A DNA stretch of 64,000 bases from Lytechinus pictus (taxonomy: Eukaryota). The first letter of the stretch is position 1, and every line of letters starts with the position of its first letter. A program made the position numbers and the translations under genes. The notes below the pieces were generated by a model. The model made no database searches and was not told where the DNA came from. It saw nothing but the letters and a program-made list of their open reading frames with translations. Where the stretch lies: NCBI RefSeq assembly GCF_037042905.1, contig NC_087245.1:33172001-33236000 (forward strand). Reading direction: 5' to 3'. Positions 13,201 through 26,248 of the stretch are shown one piece after another.

Positions 13201-16200
13201 AAAATTTATAAGACAGAAAGAGACAAATGAGAACAAGGATATACTATATTAAAGTGACACGAATGGTGAGCAGAATGGTTAACAAACCTTCCTTGGAAGT
13301 CCTCCGGGGTTCTGTAGCCAAACCTCTGCACCGGGGTCGACTAGGTTGCGCCTGCGAGGGGGGCGGTAGTACTGCTGGATACCGGTATCAGAATCATAAC
13401 CTGACTGAGAGTTGGTGCGGCGTGGTGGCCTGGACTGGGTTGCTGGCGGGGTCCTATCCACAAAATCTAATCAAACAAGTAAAAGAGAGTTAGACTAGAT
13501 TCAAAATCAAGACATGACAAAAAAGAAGAAAAATGTGGGTAAGTTTAAATTCAAAGTTTTCTTTTTTGGTAAAGCATATGCCCATCTTCCTTCATAAGGA
13601 TTAATAAACACATTCAACAGGTAAAAGAAAGGGAAATATCTAATTGTATTGCTTTACAATAATGGCTTTGAAATTCCAATTATAATGAAATGCATCATAT
13701 TTGACAACAAAGACAGGGTTGTACAGTATAACATCATACTTTATATCCATACCACATTTCAATATTTGTGTTCTTCAAAGATTCGGGACAAAATGAAAGA
13801 GAAAGGATAGAAAATAACAGATATTATACAATAAATGGATATGACAAATGAGGAAAAATGAAAATGATTGAAAAATTAATATGGATTTCAAAAAGAGATA
13901 AATCAGAAAAATATTACTCACTTGGCGATCTGTCGGCCACCACCCCTCTTGGTATGTTGTCTACCTCTGTTGGTTCATCAATGTGCAGATCAACTTCATC
14001 AAAGTTCTTTTTAGGTGTGGACGTAGCCTGAGGTCTGTGATTGGTCAATGTTTGAGATGTGTTATGGTACCCACCACTGGATTGGTGGGTTTGAAATTGA
14101 GTTCGGTTAATCCTGTCATCTGATTGGTTGTTGTTGTTGAGTTGATGGTGAGAAAGGATGGCACGGTTGTCTAGTGAGGCATGCGTGTTATGGTTAGCAT
14201 CAATCGATGATGAATTGTAAGGGGCACTGAGTTTCTGGATTTCATTGCTCCAGTGAGAGAGCATCTTGACAGCATCATCAAGATTACTGAAGGGATCCTC
14301 ATTAGTAGAGTTGTTATTATTAGTCTCAAGGAGTTCATCAAGGCCAGAGTTGCTCACACTACGGGTAAAGACTCGACCTTCTTTGTTGTAGGAAGGGGTG
14401 CTTCCATGCATGGAGGAGAGAGAGGGATGGGTTGTGTTAAAGGTCACACTTTGTGATGGGTTAGTCGCCTCCACATGCAGGGTTTGTTTGTTTAACGTCC
14501 GCACATTTCGCTCAGTCCTAGCCGGCTGCTGATTATGAAGAAGATGGTCGGGCAATCGCGACTCTGGAAGATGAAAATGACGACCCACCGGACTCTTTTC
14601 GCCATCCTTCGGTTGCATAGGACTGGTTGGAAAGAACCTCTGTGATGCAGAAGGGCCTGGCAAAGGTTGACCAGTCTGTTGCATAGAATTGCTGTTATAG
14701 CTATACCCGTAATTATTCCAGTGCTCTATCTCTTCTCTCCTGTTAGGAACATTATTGGATACCATCTCACGTAAATTATGGTCCTGGTGCTTGCGGGACA
14801 GAGTCCCACCATCTTGCGGAGTCCTACTACGAGTGTTACCCTTAGGGGGTAAGGTTGCCAAATTTTCAAACTGTGGCCTCCCTGGACGCTGTGGGATAGG
14901 CTGGACTACATTTGTTTTACTTTGATTTGTGCCACTACCCCTCGGATTCTTGCTACTGGTTATTATCTCATCCCGCAAATCAAACTGAACCTTATTACCA
15001 CCTTTCTGGCTGCTATCTAATTTACTTTCCCTAGTCCTATCATAAGAGTGTTCCTTTGAACCCACACATGTGCCTTGATTACCATTATTAGTGCCTCTTC
15101 GCAGCTCCCTAATCCTGTTCATAACCCAATCATAAGAGGGGAGTGTTGGAGGTACAGAGGATGCCCTTGGTGGCTGTTCCACCTCAGGCGACAGGTCCCT
15201 TTGGTAGCTACCTATGGGCAATCTGGACCCTTGCTTCTCGCTTTGGTCATGAAAACTGACTTTTGGTCGCTCGTTTGGAATAGGAATGGGTCTTGAAAGA
15301 CTTGGTACACTTGATGGAGAGAGGAGGAAGTCTGCTTTTCTGAATGCAGACTTCAGCAAATGTTGGGAAGGGGTGAGATCTGACTGACCGGTTCTTTCTC
15401 TACTGCTTGTATCGGGAGTATGGGAGACGGACTCATATTCCCGATCCCCGGAGGTTATCTGGGAAGGATGCACAGAGGAACCCTTTTGGGGAGTAGACTG
15501 GTATTGTGAGTTACTACTGGAAGACTGTTGTGTGTGGACGTACTGATGTGATTGGTTATTATGAGAATGATACCCATTACCAGGATGATTCCCGCTACCA
15601 TGGTTACGCTGTGATTGGTAATAAGGACTATTGTCATTTCTATAGTGATGAGGATAGTGAGAAGTAGGTATAGATGAAGTAGAAGAGGAGGAAGAAGAGG
15701 AGTGAATGGAAGTATCATAGAGATGCTCTCCCATGGATGTTGAGACTGACAGAGGAACAAAGGCAGATGTTGGAGAGCGTAAATTTCCTGAGGATATGGC
15801 TGCGGGCTGCCCACCATGCTGTTTCTGAAGGCTTGAGGAAGTCCTTGTAGCATCGCCTGGCCTTGGAAGAAAGCTATCAACCTCTTCATAAGGATTAACA
15901 CGAATATTGACTTTAGGCTGATGCTGCGGTGACGATGATTGCTCTATCGCTTTACTACCAGAGTTACTCTTCCACTGGGTAATGGGTATAGCTGGATAAT
16001 GATAGGACCCATCCTTGTTTAGAACAGCTTCAACTTGGACAGTCTTCTTCCTCCGCTCTGTGGTGTTTCTAATGGTGGTCTCAGAGCCATCATTTCCCTT
16101 GTACCTTGTCACATCGATACTAGTTTCATGTGGGCTCACTCCTGAGAGACCAGATGTCAAGGTCTGGTAAGAAGAGGACTTGTAACCAGAATCAACCGAA

Positions 16201-19200
16201 GGTGTCAAGGAGTTGGAATCGGACACCCTGGATGATACCTTCAACGGTACACTACTGCTGCATGCCGTTTTGGTATTCATAGCAAAGCTGGCATGTCCAG
16301 AAGAAGTGTTTGTAAATGGCACGCTACCAGCTTGAGAGGCTAGCTCTGTCCGTGACTGGTACCGCCTCTGTTCCTGTGCGGAATTGCTATGGCTATTGTG
16401 GTAGTGAAGGTTTGGTAGATGCATGAATATATCGTAGGCAGACACACGCCATGATAAACACCAACAAACAGGAATAAATATGGAGGAAGGCAGAGATTAA
16501 AAGGAAGATGTTAGTGGATCATACCATGTTAATAATAACTTTAATAAAAACCAGGTGAATTCACAAATTGGTTAATAGAGTTGCTACTTGCGACTGTCAT
16601 GAAATTACCCCCAAATCACCTCCTTTATATGATTTTAAACAGCTTTGATGTTTAATGCTTTGTAAATCACTATATATTTTGCTCTATTTTTTGTCATTAT
16701 TCCCCTGCAAATGTAGGCTTATCCACTTTCCCCACAGATAGTCATTTCCAAAGGCATAAGATGTAGTATACATGATAAAATAATACAAATATGACACAGT
16801 CGCAAGTAGCATCTAATTAGAAAATTCCTGAACATGCTATGAAATGTTTAATACCAATACGTATATAACTTATCATGCAATGGGTCACATCAAACACATA
16901 CCTGGGGCCTGTTTTAAAAAGAGCTGCGATTTATCAACCGCAACTATGGACGGCCAGTAACTTCAACATCTAAAATGCATGTGTGTTCAAAATATTTTCT
17001 AGATATGGTGTATATTCATACATTCATCGTTCTCTTGAAAATTCAGTTTGATTCTTTTTATTTACTAAGGAGATGTGCAAATTTCCTGTAGAAAAAAATA
17101 ATGGGAGGTATGGATTTCCAGACAGTTGAGATTGATTGGATCAATTGCAACTCTTTGTAAGACAGGGCCCAGATGTTGAAACACGGATGATCTTTAGTAA
17201 ACTCATGTAGAAACGTAATATATGAATGGCTCACCAGAATGAGAAAGAAAAAATATATGACTTAAATATGATTTAAAGAACAAATTAGGAGTTTAGTTTA
17301 ATAATTCAAATAATTCTTGATTAAAAGAAAATTAAATGGATTTAAATGAATGATTAATCACATTTTTCCAATGAGAGTATTTCAGATATCAATTTAGAAA
17401 CCCCTCCAACCAGAAAAAATAATAATAGTGAATAGAAAATAATTGCTGGTTTTGCGTTGGTGTCTCTGTTCATTTACATAAAAGATCTTGTAGTTGGTGC
17501 CAAAATGCAATGCAAACACAATCAATGTTCACCCCATGATATTCAAAATAATGCACCATGATATCATTAATGAAACCATGAAAAAAAACCATGAATTTAA
17601 GAAGATAGGAAAATTTGCATCACACATCAAAAGGGTCAGTAGTACTCCTCTTTTCCTTCACCAGCAAACCAACTTGAATAAAAAATATCACAAAGGCATC
17701 ATAACCAGCGAAGAGTCGTTCCATCTAAAAGGTCAAGTAAGGAAACCATGTGGGCCCTGGCCAAGTCTACAGGGATTAAAAATCTCTTTGCAACAAATGG
17801 GGTAAATACAAGGTCCAGAAGGGGGAAAAGCATAATATCAAAATATCAAGTTTACTAAAGAATATACAATTCTTAAATGTTCATGAGTTTGTTGGCAAAT
17901 TTTACCAATTAAAAAAAAAGAGAAATAAAAATAAGTGATGGGGGGGTCATGGTTTTATTAACACACCCATATTTAGCAGCCAATAAGGCTGAATTGCATT
18001 TGATCTGCATGAATAATCAGACATCACATATATCTTGGCCTTGAGCCTTTTCTTATAAAAATTAAAATAAAGTCACAATAAATCGTAATTTTCAAGAATG
18101 AAAATACATCACCATGCACTTGGTAGTGACTTACCCATCGTTCCTCAGTTGAGCATTGGTAAGAATGGGAGGAACTGGATCATAAGGCGTAGAAGGTGTA
18201 GCAGGGACCTTTGGTGACTGATCATCAGCAGGTCTCTGGTACACAGGGTCACGAACCCTATCATGGGTCAGATCAGATAGCTGCCTGTTGAGTGGTCTCT
18301 CATGGGGCTCCCATTCTCGGGTCGTGCTGGTGGTGACAGTCCGCTGAACGTAGCTCTGGGCTGGCTTGGCAGTGTTCATTTGCCCAAGCTCGCTAATGGA
18401 TCGCTCTAAGTCTTTTGAAATAGAAAGAGGGGGAGGTGACACACCCCGTCTCATAGACACGCCACCATCCTGAGGACCAGTCATCAGTAGGTGATCAGGT
18501 GCTGGATACATTGCATTCTGCACTGGTGTTACTTCTGTGGCCACCACTGGAGCCTGGTTGATAGGAGTGATGTTGTTACCTTGACGATCCTGCAACTTCT
18601 GCTGTTGTGCAAGCCAAGACGGTGGCTCTTCCCTCTTGGCGGACAGTGGTGGGGACACCATAAGGGGTGCCGGCTCGACGTCACCCTCAAAACGAACACG
18701 TAACTTTGGAGATGCGTTGACAGGCGTAACTCTGATGGGTTCTCCTGGGGATTCTCTCACAATGGGTCTTCCGTTTTCCCTCTCCCGCTTTTCACGAAGT
18801 TTATCCTGCTGCCTCCTGAGCCAGCCAAGCCCATCATCATCACCATTATCAGTAGGACTGACAGGGCTAACCTGTGCAGGGGATGGAGGGGATGGCTGGT
18901 ACTGTTCGGGCGCATTAGGGCCTTTCCTTAGGAGTTGGAACCTATCCTCTCTTGCTTTCAAAGGACGCGGCTCATACTTGGTATGCACAGGAGATGTTGG
19001 GCCATTTTCTAGTCTACTTGCATAAGGAGTCCTTTCTGTCACCCTACTAAGAGAGTTGGGTACGATAGGGGTCTCCACCGGCCCATTCATCTGTGCTACA
19101 TACGGTTGGGCTGGACTAGCATTGTAACCTATCTGGTTATATGTCATAGGTGTCGGTCCATTGGGAACATTGATTTGTCCTGGGTTGAGGTTCACCTGAC

Positions 19201-21498
19201 GTGGGTTTAAATTCACTTGTCCATTCTGAACCATAGGGCCACTTTGAACCACCGGTCCATTCTGGCTCACAGGACCATTCTGCATTGTCCGATGGTTTGA
19301 TCCCTTTGGCGTGATCTCATACGTGGGATTGTGCTGCTCCACAGAACGTGGCACACTAATGCCTCCATTCATCATTGGTGGTGCGTATTGCTCCTTATTC
19401 GTCACAAGAACAGGTGTGATCATTTCCTGTTGGACCACCTCCTGCTGGATCCTCTCCTGTTGTGGACCACTCTGGTTGGTGTTGGGGTTCTGCTGAAGCT
19501 TCTGCTGCATAGCGTCTGTGATCTCTGCATATGGGTTCTCAGCTTCACTGGACTCCTTCCTAGATGCTGGTTTCTTGGAGGGCGAAGAGTTCTCCTGGCC
19601 AGCAGCTTCTTCTTTGATATCCTCCTGGACTGGTGGTGGCGGTTTGGGTTTGGATTGGGAAACCGGAGCATGGCGGAGATCCTCACTCACACTAACAATG
19701 CGCCTTGTGTGGACAGGCTCATGATGGAGAACCTGGGATTAAACAATTTAGAATAAAGAAGCTGTATTTGAAGATGATGATGGTTATGATATCAAGAACA
19801 AAAGAAAGAGCACATGTATAAGTCTATTAGAACCATCATCATGATCACAATCATCATCATCACTTAATAGTAAATTCAAGAGCTTTTCTTCCAAAGCATA
19901 TAAGGATACACAATCAAAGATTATTAAAGGGAAATATGTGACGAAATACACCATCTGATACAGTTGACATCCTTAAGATACAAAATACTCTTTAGACCAA
20001 AGGCAGAATATTGAAAGTCATTATAGGCCTTTGTGACGTTATAGGGCCTATCCAGACCATAATTCAAAATTTACAACAGAACTTCCTCAAAATCTAAAGA
20101 ACCGTTTCTTTTAACCTCCATTTAAATCCCCCCCTTTGATATTTTATAGGGACCACCATCAAAGTACCCAGATTCAAGTAACTGAACAGACCTTGTTATC
20201 AGGGGATGGTGGTGCCTTCCACTGAATGTTGTTGTTCACCATAATTCCTCCATCTGTATCCTCCCCAGTGATGCCTTTGAGCAGTTCATCCAGGGCCATT
20301 CTCTCCCGGTAGTCCATGTTTCTCTTGCCTCCATCCTTGGAGGTGTGGACCTGAGGGGCTCTGTCAGGGGAGAGGACATAAGGCAAGGGGGCATTGGTAT
20401 CCCCATTGGTCAGTCTGGGGATGATCGGAGACTGCTCCGGTGAGGGTGTTTTCTTGACCTGGGCGTAGAGGCTTCCGTCAGGAGCCGAGGAGTGAGGGAT
20501 GTCCAGGATCATGTTGTTGTTGTTGTTACCTGATGTTTCATTGAGATCAGGGCCTCCATCTAGGGTAGAAAGGAACGATAAAACTTACATGTTGATCCCT
20601 TTAAAGAAACCTTTACAAAAATTATTGGCCATAATCCTCAGTGAAGCCATCAGGTATAAATATTTTTAACACATTGATTATAGGATTCAGACTTGCTCTA
20701 TCAACACCTGAATAGGAGCTACAGAATAGAAACCTCTACCTGATTTAAAATACTCTTCTTGATTTGTTGGTCTTATTTATGATTCTGGCAAAATAAATTT
20801 GATAAAATGCACACCAAGACCTTATAGAATGAAAATATAGGAAAATGAAAGACAATGGGCTTCTACCTTCAGGTCCTTCGATGATGTCATTGAAGTGTTC
20901 ATACGAATCCCATCTGATCAATGGATCATCGATGTGTTCAGACGGGAAGCTAGCTCCTGAGACATAGTCACTCCCATGGAGGGCATCGGGAGTAGAAGAG
21001 AAGATCAGTTCTACCTTGGTGAACTCGGGGAATCTAGCATCTATGAAACAAACAAACAAAAAATATCTTGAGTTCTAGTCTTCTTAAGCATTTACAAATT
21101 ACACAGTTCTGTCAGGGAAAGCACACACTCTTTTGACTTTGTTTTTGTATTTTATGCAAGGAAGTTTCGAAATGGAGACGTCTCTTTCTTTCTCTCATAA
21201 AAACAGAGGAGTTGCTCATGTATTCTTTCTCCTGTTCCATGATTACGCCAATATGGTATCATAATATGATAATGATGGTGATAAAATTCCACTGCTGATT
21301 GTTGTTATCACTATAACTATGATCATAATATTTTCTATCAGTAAATATTCTCATCATCCTCCTCCTCACAATTATCATCATCATTATCATCATAAACATC
21401 AACATCATCATCACCTTCACAATCATCATCATCATCACTACCATCATCATCATGATCATCATCATGATCATCATCATCATGATCACCATCACCATCAC

Positions 21499-21534
<36 letters not shown>

Positions 21535-24500
21535 TGTCATCATCACCATCATCGTCCCAATTGCACATCCTACCTGTACAGGCATCATCTAGTTCCTGTT
21601 TTTGGAAGACTAATCTATACTCCATCACTGCTGTTGTATGAAACTGACATCTGAAGATTGTGTCTCGAGTTGTCGACCTGAATTTCTTATGGTAACACTT
21701 TAGCTGTAACATGGATGAAAGAAAAGAGAGAGTGAAGTTGAACTAGTTTAGTCAATTGTTACATTTCGAGCCTGTGCTCAAATTTAAACTAAATACACTG
21801 ATTAGCATTTTAAGAATTTGATAGTATTCTATTAAGGCTATTAACACAACAATCCTGTTGTAGTGATAAAAAAACCTAGCCATTTTAATCTTCACAGAGT
21901 AGAAAGGGGTGCTCTATGAATTGCAATATTTTAGTTTTCTTTGAATTTGTCAAAACAACACAAAAGCTAATGACATTAGCCACTATGAAAAATATAGTTT
22001 TAGCTAAAAAAAATTGCATGCTATTTGTACATGTTGACAATAGTTAACCTCAATCATTTTTACCATCATTCTATTCATTATAATTACCTACATACTCCTT
22101 TTTAAACATTTGAATTTATACGTTTAATTTCCATAATGATTGTAATGTTTAGAAATATGTAAATGGGACACAATACCACACAGAACTTGTAAAGGATGCC
22201 TTTTTCTATATTGAGTTATTTATAGAGAAAATTATGAATTTTGATAGTTTCAAACTTACCAGGATATCACCTCTAAGAGGAATTGCTCTACCGGGCGTGA
22301 TCACAAACCGACTAGTTCCTTCAGGCACAGTGCTACAAATGAGACATTGGATAAAGAGATATTTCTTTCATACATTTTCCTTCAATATATTAAATTAAGT
22401 TCAGCCCTTCATAAGTAATCTAGAACAATATAAAAAGTAATGCGCAATTCATTAAATACAGTGAAAAGCACAAAGAAATGTGTCAATTATTCAAACTCCA
22501 CTCAAGTTTGAAAAAAAAAAAAAATAATAATACAATTAATTCTGCACAAGTAAGCCTTCCAAAAGTCTGATAAAGTTATAAGCCAACACATTTTTCAAAG
22601 ACCATTTTGCAAAACATCTGTCTTCTAGGGTGAATTTCTAATAAGTTCAACAGATATCCAATTCATCTTAACTGAGGAGAGTCACCTACATAAAAAAATT
22701 TTCTGCAAGCTTATGTTCTTTGAGTGACCAAATCCACTCATATTACAACCCCTCAAATAAAAAAAAAAAAGATGAAAAAAGAGAACGACGCATAGAATAT
22801 TGTAACTTTTCTCAGTCTTGGTTGTCTCAGGCAGTGATGCTTTTTTGCTCTCATAGACACATCGCTGAAACTTACATGTATGATACAATAAGAAATGCTA
22901 CTTACTAGACACCCGATGTGTATACAGGACTCATGCCTTGATAAACCCTCAAGAAAGGACGACAACCTGACAGAAGAAATGAAGAGCAACAAATCAGAAT
23001 TGCTGGTCCAATTATTAATTTCAATTACTTTCTGCATTTATTGTAGAATCAAAATACAAAATTTTCAATAAAACTGAAATATTTTTGTCCTGATGAGCAG
23101 TGTTCATTGCACCAAAATCAATTAACAAAAAATAAATACCATAGTGATGATTTCGGCAAAGCTGCATCAAATAAGAATTAAAAAGAGATTTCATCCTTAA
23201 TTTGAGATTTTAAGAAAAGAGTAACAAGTTACAAAATAACAGATGAAGAGTATGATGAAATCAAAAGCTTGTTATAGATAGTTTTTACCTCCATTAGAAT
23301 CATAGTTAGGCACCCCATGGATGACAGCGTGATGAAGAAAGAGGGGTGAGCTGTTGATCTGGATGGAGTTGGTTAAAAGCCCAGAGAAGTAATCAATATA
23401 CCGCATCTGAGAAGGGTGCATGCTGCCCCAACCTTTGGCATCCAAGAAACGCTTCATGGCATGACGATCCATCGTCGAATCATTTCTGAAAGAGGGATAT
23501 GGAGCGAGAAATGAAATCCCCAGCTAATGTAAAAATAACATCATGTAATACTGTTGAAATGGAAAACTTTTCCTTGTGATAACACCTTTTTTTGTACCAA
23601 CCACTATCCTGTAATTCTATTTTCGTGGATAAAACAACTCCAAAGCCCTGGGCCCCATTGTATAAAAGTTACCATTATGGTAACTTTGCCACGCAATGGT
23701 AGCTTTCCAGAAGTCCTAGATTCTGATTTATTGTTGATCAGCGTTACCATGGTAGGTATAAAAGGATGGCAAAGTTACCATAATAGTAACTTTTGTCACA
23801 GGGCCCTGTACCATAAATTATACGATCAATTGTACAATTAAGCATATCTGTAAGTCTATCACTAACCAAATACAAAAAGTACAATCAACTTCATATCATT
23901 CAATCTATTTATGTTATACCCCCTGTACTAACAAAACAACAACAGAAAATCCCACTGCTGCCACCACTGATTACTTTTGATACAACACTTGAAATATAAT
24001 GAAGATGATCTGAGAAAACTATGAGAACAATAATAGAAAGTGAAAGCAAAACAAACTACTAAATCTCCTGGAAGGAACTTTCTCTTTATTTATAAAGTTA
24101 AAGTGAACTTTTACCATTTTCATTTTGTATAACATTTAGTGATATATATTCCTCATTTGGAATTAATTGCTTTAAACTGTTATCATTATTGTTATTTGTA
24201 TTGATTGAACATTTTATTCTTGTTATTTATGCTGTTCAATCATATTTTTGTATTGTATTGTTTTATTTTCTATGTATATATCTGTACTCAATGCCTTTTT
24301 TAGAAATGAATAAATGAACTGAACTGAACTGAAATAAGTCGCATTATCACTGACTTAAGTAGTATTGCATTGCATATCATTTACACATGCAATCAATCAG
24401 AGAATTTAGTCTTACAATTAAGTGCAAAGCTTGAGTTAAGGAGCTTAGGATGGTCCAGCTAGGTGATGATCAGGTTTAATCTATCTTGATCAGAATGATC

Positions 24501-25886
24501 AAGAAAGCTCCCATTCCCTTGGCCTACTACAATACTTTGGACTTCTACAGACAAAATTCTTGTGTCTGTAATCAGAGTGATATCCATACAGGCAGACTGA
24601 TGCTGATAATGGGTTGGACCTAATCAAATTGCTGAACTACAATGCCACAACAAATTGTTTGTCCTTGATTTAAATTAAGTGAGAACCATAACTGAATTGG
24701 AAATCAGATTAGACCACCTGGTATTGGCCCAAATGGTATATAAAAAATGGTGATGAACCATAATAAAAAAAGATGGATATAAAGTACTTACCCTGAAGTG
24801 ATGCTCAGATAGTTCATAAAGGCTGATACCACTACGCCAATGGGTCCCCTACCACCCTGGACAAGGAAGGAGAAGAAAGAATGATATATCAGGATTTACA
24901 AAAGGTAATCTCTAAGTGCAAAAGAGCTAATAACTGCAGTATTCCACAGAATGTCCATTTAACACAGGAGTTGGGTTGACTGTGGCAATTTATATTGGAC
25001 ACTGTTCTCATTACGCTTTCTAAAATGAGTTTACTGGAGAACGGTTCAGGAAACTAGTTTGGAAGATCGCTTTGCTAACGTTCCCATTTGATCATACGAA
25101 AATGGTTTTCAAAATCACTTCACGTAAAGGGATCTTGTTGCTATGGAAATGCTCTCAGAGGGGTGACATGTTTTCATAATGTGCGAAGATCGCTTCCCAA
25201 AGAACGATTGTGTCCTCACTTACGCTAAAACCAGTTTATCAGTTTATCGATCTTGAAAACTACATCGCGAGGTGGTTTTATGAACCGGTTTGGAAGATCG
25301 CTTCGACCGTTCTCATTACACGTTAAACTAGTTTCCAATTAACTAGTTTCCAGTAAACTAGTTTTAGGAAGGTAGTGAGAACCATGTCTTATTCCACACT
25401 AAAGCTATTAAAATCACAATTATCTAATTGAGCAGATGATGTAGTATTGTTATTTCATAACACTCTTCCCTTTCATAGTCTGTATTAATAAAGTCAAATC
25501 TGCTTTAGTGACCACCTGAATAGAAGAACCCCTTTCAATGAATACCACACATTTGATTTGCCTAGAACATTTTTGTTTCCTATTGAAACATATATAACAG
25601 AAAGACTACCTGCTCATAAGGCCCACTATTCTTGTTATCAATGGAAAGTGGACATACCTTACAATGTAGCACCACAACATTGTTGAGGTTACCCTTCATC
25701 CAAGTCTCAATCTGTTTGCATATGCTGCAAAGCCTCTCTAAGGGAGGGGCGAGGACGTTGGGCCAGCCCAAATCACGCACCTAGTGAGGAAGATGCAAGA
25801 GAGAAATACAGAGATTATAACTGATAATTATTGTTGATGTGAAAAGCCTTTTACAAGTTGACGATCATAATCATCGTTATTATCAC

Positions 25887-25918
<32 letters not shown>

Positions 25919-25959
25919 ACACCACCACCACCACCACCACCACCACCACCACCACCACC

Positions 25960-25991
<32 letters not shown>

Positions 25992-26102
25992 AACCATCAT
26001 CACCATCACCACCACCATCACCACAAACCATCATCACCATTATCATCATCATCATCATCATCATCAACATCATCATCAACATCACCACCACAAACCATCA
26101 TT

Positions 26103-26133
<31 letters not shown>

Positions 26134-26216
26134 CCATCATCACCATCACCACCACCATCACCACAAACCATCATCACCATCACCATCACCATCACCATCA
26201 TTATCATTATCATCAC

Positions 26217-26248
<32 letters not shown>

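Noticed and set aside
21259..21654. Poly-His/poly-Met/poly-Asp ORFs
   Set aside because: Artefacts of the (CAT)n microsatellite. The real exon ends at the 21574 donor.
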